In this document: piece after piece, positions 1-9,415 of the stretch
How the letters are laid out: each line of letters opens with the position of its first letter
How positions within the stretch are numbered: the first letter of the stretch is position 1
IMG/VR virus record: IMGVR_UViG_3300042868_009074
Coordinates: 186,001-250,000 of that record
DNA length: 64,000 bases
Direction: 5' to 3' (one strand)
Notes under the pieces: generated by a model
What the model was told of the DNA's origin: nothing
What the model saw: only the letters and a program-made list of their open reading frames with translations
Database searches by the model: none
Made by a program: the position numbers and the translations under genes

Positions 1-582
1 TCCCGCAGGCTTTCTTAATGATCCGCCTCTAGCAAACCTATTTACAGCTCTACTTCCATTGACTATTGCGTTTCCAGTCGTAGACATAAACCCACCTTGA
101 ACAGGTGCGTAAAAGTTAGAATGAGCTCCAGCGCTAAATACTGAAGTACTGTGCATTCTTCCTGAAAGCATGTGCAATGGATTGGCATAGTTCGCCCTAA
201 AACCACCAGCCATGCCAGGTGTTCCACGGACTCCTTCTGCTGATCTGGCAAGCATTCTGCTGCCTCTTGTTGTTTCTTTTCCAAACTTTGAACCAAAAGC
301 AAAAGATCTATGCGAAAGATCAGTAGGCTTCATAGAGCCTGCATCTTTATATATTCTAAACTTATCTCTACCTATTGCTGTTCCAAATTTACCCCTACTG
401 GTGAGCTTGTCGTCATAAAAGCCACCTTTAAGCATTGTTTGTTGATAGCGAAAGTTATTAAACCCAGCCATTGCCATAGGCGTTGGAAGCATAGACATAG
501 CTTGCGTCATTGCACCGGGGAATCCACCTATTGCTGCTGCTTCTTGAGCTGCTACCATTTTTGTATTCTGGTCGCCTATCAT
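1..582 (-). CDS. Gly/Ala-rich hypothetical protein, runs off the window edge (possible virion protein)
   Basis: ATG at 582, 1 nt after the upstream stop. Frame open to base 1 (MIGDQNTKMVAAQEAAAIGGFPG...). Absent from the ORF track because it has no stop in the window. Confidence 0.75.
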   Translation of the reverse strand, partial: MIGDQNTKMVAAQEAAAIGGFPGAMTQAMSMLPTPMAMAGFNNFRYQQTMLKGGFYDDKLTSRGKFGTAIGRDKFRIYKDAGSMKPTDLSHRSFAFGSKFGKETTRGSRMLARSAEGVRGTPGMAGGFRANYANPLHMLSGRMHSTSVFSAGAHSNFYAPVQGGFMSTTGNAIVNGSRAVNRFARGGSLRKPAG

Positions 583-583
583 T

Positions 584-1417
584 CTATCCTCTTCTCAAGT
601 TGTGCATTCCGAGAACTATGTCTCCAGAACTATTCATTTGTTGAGATATTCTTCCAGAAGAATTACGATAAGCTTCTCTTGGGTCCGATGGACCTTGGTC
701 CCAATTGTGTTCTAAGGTGTTAGGATCTAGTCTTCTACTTCCACTATATGCAGTCTTAATAGCTTTGTCGCCTCTGTGTTTCCCTGTTCTAACATATCCG
801 GCTGTAGCTGCTCCACCACCCATTAACCCACCTACAGCTGCACCTTTTGCGCTTCTAGTAATTAGTCCACCAATTCCAGCTCCTATTGCTGCACCAGCAG
901 TTACACCTGCTCCTGGATTCAATGGAATTGCATAATCATCTGCGTACTGTGGGCTTAAAAGCTTTGCTCCACTTGCAGCTCCACCAATTGCTCCGCCACC
1001 AAAAATTAATGGACTTAATTTTCCACCTGTAAATTCTTTATCAGCGTCTGGGTTGTCAAACGCAACGTCCATTGCTGCGTCCATTGCTGGACGAGCTGCA
1101 ACGTTGTACATTCCTACTGCTGCTGCTCCTCCAATTATTGCCTTTGTACCAAATGAAGATGTAGCTGCTTTATATAAACTTTTACCCACACCCGGTGCCT
1201 TTGATGCTACTGCACTTGCTCCCCTAGTTAAAGGTGAAGCGTTATTAGCATACTGCCCTGCCCCTTGTGCAACCGCACTAGCACGAGAAGATGCAGAATT
1301 TCCTACCCTATTAAAGAAACCTCCTACACGTGCCGTCTCTTGACTAAAGTATCCTGCAGCTCTACTGGATCTTACCTCTTGTCCAACTCTGTTTAAGATG
1401 TTTCCAAATGATGGCAT
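584..1417 (-). CDS. Gly/Ala-rich hypothetical protein with hydrophobic GxxxG stretches (possible virion/ejection protein)
   Basis: 277 aa ORF, tightly packed between neighbours. Ends SSGDIVLGMHNLRRG. Confidence 0.7.
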   Translation of the reverse strand: MPSFGNILNRVGQEVRSSRAAGYFSQETARVGGFFNRVGNSASSRASAVAQGAGQYANNASPLTRGASAVASKAPGVGKSLYKAATSSFGTKAIIGGAAAVGMYNVAARPAMDAAMDVAFDNPDADKEFTGGKLSPLIFGGGAIGGAASGAKLLSPQYADDYAIPLNPGAGVTAGAAIGAGIGGLITRSAKGAAVGGLMGGGAATAGYVRTGKHRGDKAIKTAYSGSRRLDPNTLEHNWDQGPSDPREAYRNSSGRISQQMNSSGDIVLGMHNLRRG

Positions 1418-1422
1418 CTGTT

Positions 1423-4400
1423 TTATCCTCTAAATAAATGGGCGTTTTTTTGTGGACTCATATTTGTATGCCCTACTTTTCTGCGATCTAAATTACCAAC
1501 AACTCCAGCTGTTGCCAGTGGGTCTGAGTTCGACTGTGGAGCCTTAGGGGCTAACAACGCCTCTTGTGCACCATATGGTCTTTGACCCTGTTCTGGCTCA
1601 GACATCATCATAGTACTTTCATATTGCTGATTTTCTCTATGTTTTTTAGAGAAATGTCTTGCAATTAATGCAGTACCAATTACTGCTGCTCCAATTGCCA
1701 CTTTACCTCTATTGTCCCCATACATTTGTTTAGCCCTAATGGCAAATGGTTGAAACTTATCACCTATTTCTTTAGCCTTACTAATTCTTAAGTTTGATAC
1801 TAATTTAGAATCGTCTGCTAATACATTAGCAGTTGCTCCAAGTCCTCTTATCGCTTCCTCGTCTGCTGCACGACCAGCTAATTGAGCAGCTCTTTCTGCA
1901 CCAGACGCGCCTTCTACTGCTTCTAATCCAATTCTTTCTAATGCTTCTACTCCAACCGCTGCCTCTTGGTTTCTCATTGGTGACAATGCTACTCCTAGCA
2001 TGTCTTCTCCACCAAAAACTTGATTAATTCTCATTGGGTTCTTCATTGCTTCTACGTCAGTGTTTTGTCCAAAGAATATTTCTGGCATAGTGTGTTGTAA
2101 CGCTTGCTTTAATCTTCCTCCTGCTTCTCCCTTTACGGTAAAGCTTATGATTCCTCTTTCTCTTAAGGTTCTGCCAAGTTGTTCTACTATTGATTCGTAA
2201 GCTCCTCTTGCACCCTGTGGTATGACTAGGTCGTCACCTCCTGTCACCATCTGACTAACCTGTTTACTATTTACATCTATACCAGAAGCTTTTATGCTTT
2301 CAGTAATTTGATTAATAGGATGAATTGACATGTCATTTTCAATTGGTATATCTGTTGTAATATGCCTAAGGGCTTGCCTAACTAGATCTTGCGATTCCGC
2401 TACTGCCTCATCTTCTATTTGTGAAAAACCATGATTGAATCTTAAGTTAACAACATTCTCATTTTGAGGACCACTAGGAAGGGAATAGTGAACAGTATGA
2501 TTTGCCTGTTCTAGATATTCTGGACTACCAATAAGAATTCTTTTTCCAGTTTTTTCACCTAAATTATCAATTTGATCTACTTCTAGTTTCCCTAAAATAT
2601 TAGATGGAATAATAAAGTTTGAACCAGATTTTTCAACACCTTCTAATGGAATTCTTGAATAAGGTTTTTTATTAAATGTTGTTTCCTCTATCATTCCAAA
2701 TTCAAGTTCTCTTCCTTGTCCAACAGCGTATGTTTGTCCAAATTCCTCTAACAGTTCAATGTGTTCTGCTATATTTCTAGCAGTTCTTGCTTCTTCTCCG
2801 GATATCTTTCCAGCATGTTGCCTAAATAGTGTTGCTCCAATGTCGGAAGTTGCCCTTGAAGTTTCTACCGCAGAAACTCTAGAAACTGGAGATATATCAG
2901 CATAGGGCAAACCTAGCTCTTGCATTCTTTGCGCATAGTGAGAAATTCTTTCCGTACCATCTTCTAGTATGTCTCCATAATGAACTGTCTTTGAAAGAGG
3001 TATTCCTGCTTCTCTATAATTCGTAGAAGTGTGAGTAAGAGATTCTATTAATTGATCTTGATCAGTATTTGGATTAAATGGTAGCCCAGGTAAGTTTCTA
3101 GCTTGTCTTGCTGCGCTCATTTGTGTTAATTCAGTATGCTCCATGTTGGTCATTCTTATATCCAGCATGTTGTTAGCCATGTTAGTTTTTATTGGAGCAA
3201 TACCAGGTGCAATTTCTATGAGATCTTCTTCTAGTCCTGTTCTTGCATTCGCTAAAGTGTCTCTTATAAGTGATCGAGCTTTTGTTTGAAAATCAGATGG
3301 AAGAGTAGTTCCTTCTGGAAGATTAGTTATATAAAACTTATCTTTACCAAATCTTAATCTTCCCTGAAAATCATCTCCAAACCTAGAGATATCATCTTCA
3401 GAGAGACCTAATGCTCTCATTTGATCTTGGGCTATGCTTCCTTCTAAATCAAGCGATACTCTTCTAATTCCCTCTTCAGTATCTGCTAAATATTTATAGC
3501 CAGTTTCACTTAATAGATTTACGTCTTTAACATTAGTAGTCAAAGTAAGCGCACTACTTCTAGTTGCTTTTCTTCTAAAATGTTGCTCAAATGCACTGAA
3601 ACCTTTTTTTCTAACAAAACCCGCTTCGTCTAATCCCCTAAATGCTTGACGACCAAGTTCTTCGTCTAACCCTGCAGATTTAACCATGTTTATAACTTGT
3701 TCTTCTGTTAAGGTTCTTTGAATTCTTAATCTATCTTCTACTATTGCTTTTTCTATATAGCCCTGCATTACTACGTCCACTTTACCTGTGTGCGTACCTT
3801 TTTCTAGAGCTTTTAAAAGACTTGGATTATTAATCGCATCTTCTTCTATGATTGATAATAGATTTGTATTTAAAATAGTATTTTCTACAGAACTAACAGT
3901 AGCACCTTGCCCTGTAAATTCAGCTTTTTCCATTAGAGATCTATCTATAAGGGAATTTGTTAAAAACTTATTTACATGTTCTTGATTTACTCCACCAACT
4001 CTTTCAAGTATATTTTTTTGATCATTTACTTGTTTCATCATTGTTACAGTAACGCTATGTAATGTATCAACAACAAAATGTGGATCGTTAGCTCTTCTCT
4101 CTGCAAACTCTCTAAGAACTTTTATTGTTTCTGGATTTTTAGCCATGGGTAATACGTTTCTTACCATAAAGTCAATGTCAAAACTGTTGTTATGAAGAGA
4201 AAATCTAGTTGGAAGACCATTTGCATTTTCGCCTTTACCCATTATCATTGTAAAAGCTTCTCTAATTGCAGTTTCTGCGTCATCTCCACCTTCTTCTAAG
4301 AAACTGTATATTGGATTTTTTAATTTTTTTGTAACAGTGCCAAATTCGTCAACATGATCTACCATTTCTCTTGCTTCGGATTGCATAAAAGCGGTTTCTG

Positions 4401-5067
4401 ATAAAGGAACTGGTCTTTCTACTCCACCTACTGTTTCGTAAGTTGCTCCGGCATCCATTTTGTTTGTTTTGATATTAAAAGTTGTAACATTAGAAGGATC
4501 TATATCTTGAGTATATGTAGTATTTCCGTGGATATCGGTTATTGCTTTTCTATGCAATACAGAAATTTCTCTTGTTTGAGATAATGGATGAAGTCCTGTA
4601 GTTTCAATGTCTAATGTATAAATATTATATTCTTGACCAGGCAATATGTCATACATCCCCATTTTTCTAATCAGTTCTTCGTGACTAGAAACACCAGCCA
4701 TTGCTTGTTCTGCAGTAGATGATTCTATACCCTGTCTAATTGATTGGCCCGGCAATCTAACTCCGTATAAGTTAAGACCTCTTTGTAATGGATTAGTTAC
4801 AACCCTATCTCCAATTTCCAATAGCGTACCATCGGCATTAATTAGTCTACCATCGGTATCGACTAATGGTGCTATCCATCTAGCTGTTTGCGAATACATT
4901 TCATATGCTTCTTGGAAAGATGGTAATTGAGTTTTTCCTATACTAATTGCATCACTTAAGTTTCCACCAGTCATTCTAGTGTTAACTGAAGTTCTCATCA
5001 ATGACATTAGGGCTGGATGAATTCCGTTGACCTGCTTGTAATTGAGGGTCAATAAAGTATCTACCAA
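1423..5067 (-). CDS. Large protein with DEDDh 3'-5' exonuclease domain and a C-terminal hydrophobic helix; true start probably 5537
   Basis: ExoI TLDIETTG, ExoII HNNSFDIDF, ExoIII-like HTGKVD, and the helix VAIGAAVIGTALIA. No good start/RBS at 5067. Confidence 0.7.
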   Translation of the reverse strand: MVDTLLTLNYKQVNGIHPALMSLMRTSVNTRMTGGNLSDAISIGKTQLPSFQEAYEMYSQTARWIAPLVDTDGRLINADGTLLEIGDRVVTNPLQRGLNLYGVRLPGQSIRQGIESSTAEQAMAGVSSHEELIRKMGMYDILPGQEYNIYTLDIETTGLHPLSQTREISVLHRKAITDIHGNTTYTQDIDPSNVTTFNIKTNKMDAGATYETVGGVERPVPLSETAFMQSEAREMVDHVDEFGTVTKKLKNPIYSFLEEGGDDAETAIREAFTMIMGKGENANGLPTRFSLHNNSFDIDFMVRNVLPMAKNPETIKVLREFAERRANDPHFVVDTLHSVTVTMMKQVNDQKNILERVGGVNQEHVNKFLTNSLIDRSLMEKAEFTGQGATVSSVENTILNTNLLSIIEEDAINNPSLLKALEKGTHTGKVDVVMQGYIEKAIVEDRLRIQRTLTEEQVINMVKSAGLDEELGRQAFRGLDEAGFVRKKGFSAFEQHFRRKATRSSALTLTTNVKDVNLLSETGYKYLADTEEGIRRVSLDLEGSIAQDQMRALGLSEDDISRFGDDFQGRLRFGKDKFYITNLPEGTTLPSDFQTKARSLIRDTLANARTGLEEDLIEIAPGIAPIKTNMANNMLDIRMTNMEHTELTQMSAARQARNLPGLPFNPNTDQDQLIESLTHTSTNYREAGIPLSKTVHYGDILEDGTERISHYAQRMQELGLPYADISPVSRVSAVETSRATSDIGATLFRQHAGKISGEEARTARNIAEHIELLEEFGQTYAVGQGRELEFGMIEETTFNKKPYSRIPLEGVEKSGSNFIIPSNILGKLEVDQIDNLGEKTGKRILIGSPEYLEQANHTVHYSLPSGPQNENVVNLRFNHGFSQIEDEAVAESQDLVRQALRHITTDIPIENDMSIHPINQITESIKASGIDVNSKQVSQMVTGGDDLVIPQGARGAYESIVEQLGRTLRERGIISFTVKGEAGGRLKQALQHTMPEIFFGQNTDVEAMKNPMRINQVFGGEDMLGVALSPMRNQEAAVGVEALERIGLEAVEGASGAERAAQLAGRAADEEAIRGLGATANVLADDSKLVSNLRISKAKEIGDKFQPFAIRAKQMYGDNRGKVAIGAAVIGTALIARHFSKKHRENQQYESTMMMSEPEQGQRPYGAQEALLAPKAPQSNSDPLATAGVVGNLDRRKVGHTNMSPQKNAHLFRG

Positions 5068-5287
5068 ATGTGTTATATGGGCTTGAAGTTGGTAATGATA
5101 TTCCCGGAGTACCCAATCGTTCTACTATCTCTGGCATATTTATAGTGTTTTGGGCAAACATCTCATAAATAGGTTGTCTTGCCTTGTAATTTAAATCAGT
5201 TAGATCTAGTCTCGCACTTGTGGCTTTTAACCCTTTTCTCCATCGTAACTCAGCTGTTGGAGATTCTCCGTAACATTCTTTGACCAC
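4982..5287 (-). CDS. Probable middle fragment of a frameshifted 5537-1423 gene
   Basis: Overlaps both neighbours in shifted frames and has no RBS. Confidence 0.45.
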   Translation of the reverse strand: MVKECYGESPTAELRWRKGLKATSARLDLTDLNYKARQPIYEMFAQNTINMPEIVERLGTPGISLPTSSPYNTFGRYFIDPQLQAGQRNSSSPNVIDENFS

Positions 5288-5537
5288 TTAGACTTAGACT
5301 ATCTGGATCTTCTAACGTTTCCATGTAAGTGTTAGTAACTTTTCTTAGTGAAGTAAAGTATCTTTCGACGCCATAGATAAATGGATCTGAGTCTTCTGTG
5401 TTATATATTCTATTTATATCTTGTGGAGTAATAAAACTAGATTGAGGAACTATCGGAATTGATCCGCTTCGTCTTGATAGCCTAGCAGCATTTATTTCTT
5501 GTTCTGGTATAGTCTGCCTTGGTAGTATCTTAGCCAC
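5250..5537 (-). CDS. Probable N-terminal fragment of a frameshifted 5537-1423 gene
   Basis: GTG start overlapping the upstream stop, preceded by GGAG. Confidence 0.55.
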   Translation of the reverse strand: MAKILPRQTIPEQEINAARLSRRSGSIPIVPQSSFITPQDINRIYNTEDSDPFIYGVERYFTSLRKVTNTYMETLEDPDSLSLSGQRMLRRISNS

Positions 5538-6261
5538 TTTCTTTTTCTCCCGAGGATTCAGAATCTACAATGTAATCATCGATCTCATAGGTACCAAGTT
5601 TTTGTCTAAGAATCTTATTTCTTTCCGTTTCAACATTTTTAACTTTTTGAATTATTTCAGATATAGCTTGAGCAGTATCAAGTTGAACTTGTCCGACTTT
5701 TGCTCTAGCTTCACGTGTTGCCAGTAATTGATTACGAAGATCTTTTCTTCTCTTGTGCAAACGATCTTCTAATTCAACTGCAAGGTGCAATTCTTTTTTG
5801 AGAATTGGCTCACCACTATTAGGGTCAATTCCAACAATATTTTCTTGAATGAAATGTTCTTTAGCAAGCAGTTTTGTTTTACGAAGATATTGAACTTCTT
5901 GATCCACAAGGTCTCTAACCATAGAAACTTCGACTAAATTGTCTGGACTAACATCCAATTGATGCATGTATTCAGAAGTGAACTGAGAAACCATAGACAT
6001 CTCTATTGGACATGGCTTCCCATGTGGGGCAAGATTCTCTGCGTATAATGGACATGTTGAGGCGTAGACGCATTTGCTAGACTGACAACTCATTGGTATA
6101 GAAGAAAACATGGCGTTTTTAGTTCTCTGTGGTCTAATTAATTCTGTTGCCTTATCTACTTGAGACTGATCCCATTCTTCAGGAAAAAACAAGTCTGGTC
6201 TTAATGACTCAAAACTTTTTATGAAGTTATTCTTTTGGTCAATCTTTTCTATTTCCGACAT
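5530..6261 (-). CDS. Hypothetical protein with Cys cluster and C-terminal coiled coil
   Basis: CQSSKCVYASTCP...PCPIE, followed by a helical C-terminal half. Confidence 0.75.
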   Translation of the reverse strand: MSEIEKIDQKNNFIKSFESLRPDLFFPEEWDQSQVDKATELIRPQRTKNAMFSSIPMSCQSSKCVYASTCPLYAENLAPHGKPCPIEMSMVSQFTSEYMHQLDVSPDNLVEVSMVRDLVDQEVQYLRKTKLLAKEHFIQENIVGIDPNSGEPILKKELHLAVELEDRLHKRRKDLRNQLLATREARAKVGQVQLDTAQAISEIIQKVKNVETERNKILRQKLGTYEIDDYIVDSESSGEKESG

Positions 6262-6424
6262 TTAAGTCTATCCAATCGCTATTATATCTTTTATCTTCGT
6301 AAAATTTTTCTATTAGAACACTCTTACAATTAGAACAATATGTATCTCTTACCAATACCTGTATATTATAATCGTAATATTCTGAAACTACTTCAGTTTT
6401 ATATAGGCACCTAGGACATTTCAT
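6239..6424 (-). CDS. Small zinc-ribbon protein
   Basis: CPRC...CSNC; overlaps both neighbours. Confidence 0.65.
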   Translation of the reverse strand: MKCPRCLYKTEVVSEYYDYNIQVLVRDTYCSNCKSVLIEKFYEDKRYNSDWIDLNVGNRKD

Positions 6425-6824
6425 TTAGTGCTTGAATCAAACTTTTTTGAATCTTACTTATTGCTTGAGCATCTTGGGCTGCGTTAAAAAATACTCCAAC
6501 TTCTCTCATTTCGTCTGGAGAAAGAGTTGCGCTTATTACATATCTTGCACCTTTGCAAGCGTCACAATAGCTTTCTCTGTATGAGGATTTACAGATACAT
6601 TCTTCTATTAGACCAAAAAATTCTAAAGACTCAGCTATAGAAAACCATTTATTCTTAAATAACTTTTTAGTCTGTTCTTTATATGCTCTCAACTTATACT
6701 GATCGTCAGAAAGGAGAGTCCCCATATCTAAAGCTTGTTTCATTAATTCATTTATTGTCTTATATAAAAAATTAGGTAATTCAAAGTTACCATTTAAATC
6801 AATATAATTCTTCCAATCATTCAT
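6411..6824 (-). CDS. Hypothetical protein with CxC/CxxC motifs
   Basis: ECICK...YCDACKG. Start MNDWK follows GGAG. Confidence 0.7.
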   Translation of the reverse strand: MNDWKNYIDLNGNFELPNFLYKTINELMKQALDMGTLLSDDQYKLRAYKEQTKKLFKNKWFSIAESLEFFGLIEECICKSSYRESYCDACKGARYVISATLSPDEMREVGVFFNAAQDAQAISKIQKSLIQALNEMS

Positions 6825-6869
6825 CTTACATATCTCCAATACATTATTATTATAAAATTTTATATCAAG

Positions 6870-7181
6870 TTAGAATTCGCCTACTCCCATTCCACCTGAT
6901 GATTTTGGTTGCAACCCGCCAGTTGCAGAGGATCTTGGATTATATCCACCTCTTTTTTGATTGTCTCTTAATGACATTCCTATTGCACCGCCGGCTGCTG
7001 CACCCATTCTCATTTTGCCCATAGTACTAAAACCGTTTTTATAAGCGTATGATCCATGTAGCCCTATGCTGCCTACACCTTTTTTTAATTGTGGGCCATA
7101 TCCAGAGAATTTTTTCGCTCCAGATCCCATCATCCTTCCAGCTGAACCTACTCGTCCAGCCATTCCACCTAGAAAGGCCAT
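6870..7181 (-). CDS. Small basic Gly/Met-rich protein
   Basis: AGGAG RBS; composition similar to the adjacent ORF. Confidence 0.7.
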   Translation of the reverse strand: MAFLGGMAGRVGSAGRMMGSGAKKFSGYGPQLKKGVGSIGLHGSYAYKNGFSTMGKMRMGAAAGGAIGMSLRDNQKRGGYNPRSSATGGLQPKSSGGMGVGEF

Positions 7182-7193
7182 TAGTCTCTCCTA

Positions 7194-7508
7194 TTAGTAC
7201 ATTGGGTAGTTTTGACTACCCTTACGACGACCGTCACCTGCCATTGCACCAAGTCCAGCTGTTCCGGCTACTCCAGCTGCTCCTATTGATCTCATTGGGT
7301 GTCTAGCTATTGAACTTGCGGCTTTAGCTCCAGCACCGTACATGGCACTTCTTGCGCCTGAGGAACTTGCGCTCCTCATTCCCATAGTAGCAGATGCCCT
7401 TCCTGCTCCTCTTGACACTCTTGAAGCCATTGGCCCCATCATTCCCAGAGCTCTTGCTCCAGTGGATGTTCCGGCTACTCTGCCAACCATTCCGCCATAC
7501 ATTCCCAT
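7194..7508 (-). CDS. Small basic Gly/Ala/Met-rich protein
   Basis: AAGGAG RBS. N-terminus GGMVGRV resembles GGMAGRV of the neighbour. Confidence 0.7.
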   Translation of the reverse strand: MGMYGGMVGRVAGTSTGARALGMMGPMASRVSRGAGRASATMGMRSASSSGARSAMYGAGAKAASSIARHPMRSIGAAGVAGTAGLGAMAGDGRRKGSQNYPMY

Positions 7509-7568
7509 TTTATTTCTCCTTGTTTAAAGACTATCAATACTGAGTGGTATTTATAGCTATATAGTAAT

Positions 7569-8990
7569 TTAAGTTTCCAGATTTAGTTGTTTTTCTGGCT
7601 TTTTAATTGTAAAAATAAAATTATCTTCTTTATCTTTATAAGATATCTCAAATATACTGCCTCTTGGAGGAATGGACTTAATAAGTATGTCTGCCAGCTT
7701 ATCTTCCATTTGTTCTCTACGAACTTGAGCTAAACCTCTGGCCCCCTTTACTGTATCCACGCCTTTTAATATTAGAGCAGATATAACTTGATCGTTATAA
7801 TTAACTGAATAACCTTTTTTAGTAAGCTTTTCTACTATAACAGACATCTCAAGTTCTGCTATTTTTTCATAATCTGATTGAATAAGGTGATTAAATACAA
7901 TAATTTTATCTAATCTATTAAGAAATTCTGGTCTAAAATGTTTTCTTACTGCATCTAAAGTATTTTTTTCAACCATTTCCTTTGGTGGAGCTTGAGTTGT
8001 AGTAGTTTTATAGTTAATATTTTTATTAAATCCAGTTCCACCAGCTAATAAATAATCTACAGTCTTTTCATTTCCCAAATTAGTAGTCATTATTATAACT
8101 GTATTTTGAAAATTAACTTCTTCGCCTTTAGCATCTGTTAAAATTCCGTCATCAAATACTCTAAGGAAAGTATTCCATAGATCTGGATGAGCTTTTTCTA
8201 CCTCGTCAAGCAAAACTACAGTTGAAGGATTCTTTTTTACTAGATTTACTAGCTGACCACCTTCATCGTGACCTATATAACCAGGTGGAGAACCAATTAA
8301 CTTTTGATTTTCATGCTTATGTTGAAATTCTCCGCAATCAATTCGCACCATAGGGTTATCTTCACCAAATAAATACTTATGAAGTGTATTAGCTAGATGA
8401 GTTTTACCAACGCCAGAAGATCCTGCAAATAAAAATATTCCTAATGGTCTGTTTTTATCGTTCAAACCTACTTGAGATCTTTTCAAAGCCGATATTACTG
8501 ACTCTACAGCATCTGTTTGTCCTATGATATTGCTATCAAGATGATTTTGAAGTCCCAAAAACTTTTGTCTAGTAACTTTTTTTACTTTATTTTTAGTTGA
8601 AGTCTTCTTATTCTTAGCGTCGTGTATTTTTTTAGCTAATTCGTCATCTATGAATATATTATCATCTAGTCCAGAGATCTCTAGTGTCTTAGAATATGCG
8701 AGATTAATCCACAAATCTATATCTAGACCGGGGTTTAGCATTACGCAACCGTTATAAAGTGCGTCAATACATTTTTCTGCCGTTGGACGGGACATCAATC
8801 TAAGAGATTCTGATATTTCAGATTTTATATTATAGATAACATTTTCTAAAATAGCTAATTTATACTCTTTAGCAGTTTTTCCAGACAACTCAGCAACTAA
8901 TGCTTCAATATCTTCTGGTGTGAGAACTTTATACTTAACGTAAGATGCTAGTTCTGGAACATATATTTGATATATCTTCATTTTAGTCAC
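7569..8990 (-). CDS. ClpA/B/C-family AAA+ ATPase, second (D2) module only, with an unrecognised N-terminal domain
   Basis: IIGQTDAV, Walker A GSSGVGKT, LIGSPPGYIGH, Walker B LLDEVEKAHPD, FRPEFLNRLD, GARGL. Confidence 0.9.
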   Translation of the reverse strand: MTKMKIYQIYVPELASYVKYKVLTPEDIEALVAELSGKTAKEYKLAILENVIYNIKSEISESLRLMSRPTAEKCIDALYNGCVMLNPGLDIDLWINLAYSKTLEISGLDDNIFIDDELAKKIHDAKNKKTSTKNKVKKVTRQKFLGLQNHLDSNIIGQTDAVESVISALKRSQVGLNDKNRPLGIFLFAGSSGVGKTHLANTLHKYLFGEDNPMVRIDCGEFQHKHENQKLIGSPPGYIGHDEGGQLVNLVKKNPSTVVLLDEVEKAHPDLWNTFLRVFDDGILTDAKGEEVNFQNTVIIMTTNLGNEKTVDYLLAGGTGFNKNINYKTTTTQAPPKEMVEKNTLDAVRKHFRPEFLNRLDKIIVFNHLIQSDYEKIAELEMSVIVEKLTKKGYSVNYNDQVISALILKGVDTVKGARGLAQVRREQMEDKLADILIKSIPPRGSIFEISYKDKEDNFIFTIKKPEKQLNLET

Positions 8991-9137
8991 CTACTTTTAA
9001 ATTAGAGATGTACTTATGAAGATTATAGTAATTACTAGATCCTGTTGCAGATACATTTAATCTGTTTTGCGAAGTAATTATATAATATAGGTTATGTATT
9101 CTTGTGATAGCTAATATTCTGTCGCTGAGAGTAAACA

Positions 9138-9167
9138 ATTATAACCACGCCTGTCAAGCTCTGTCAA
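9138..9167 (-). promoter_or_regulatory. Sigma70/SigA-type promoter upstream of the Clp ATPase gene
   Basis: TTGACA-18 nt-TATAAT on the minus strand. Confidence 0.6.
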
Positions 9168-9322
9168 GAACTTTTAGGTATTTTTTCTACTTCTGGACAA
9201 TCTCCATGAAAAGGTCCGCAAAAAGCCCAAATTTTTATAAGATCCATTGGAGTATTGATTCTATTCTTAAGAAGTAGTACTGCTCTTCTGTAATCAAAAT
9301 TGACATCGACATTCTTAGACAT
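9164..9322 (-). CDS. Small hypothetical protein (52 aa)
   Basis: MSKNVDVNFDYRRAVLLLK..., preceded by AAGGA. Confidence 0.5.
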   Translation of the reverse strand: MSKNVDVNFDYRRAVLLLKNRINTPMDLIKIWAFCGPFHGDCPEVEKIPKSS

Positions 9323-9415
9323 GTTGCCTGATCCTTTTTAGTAGTTATAATGCTTACCTATTATATCATTGACTCATATGGTGATAGTGTATATTGCATG
9401 TGATATACTTGTTCT

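Noticed and set aside
63-1343. Short ORFs from the track (63, 212, 310, 705, 1053) and similar antisense or nested ORFs elsewhere
   Set aside because: They are shadows of longer, RBS-supported genes on the opposite strand or in another frame.
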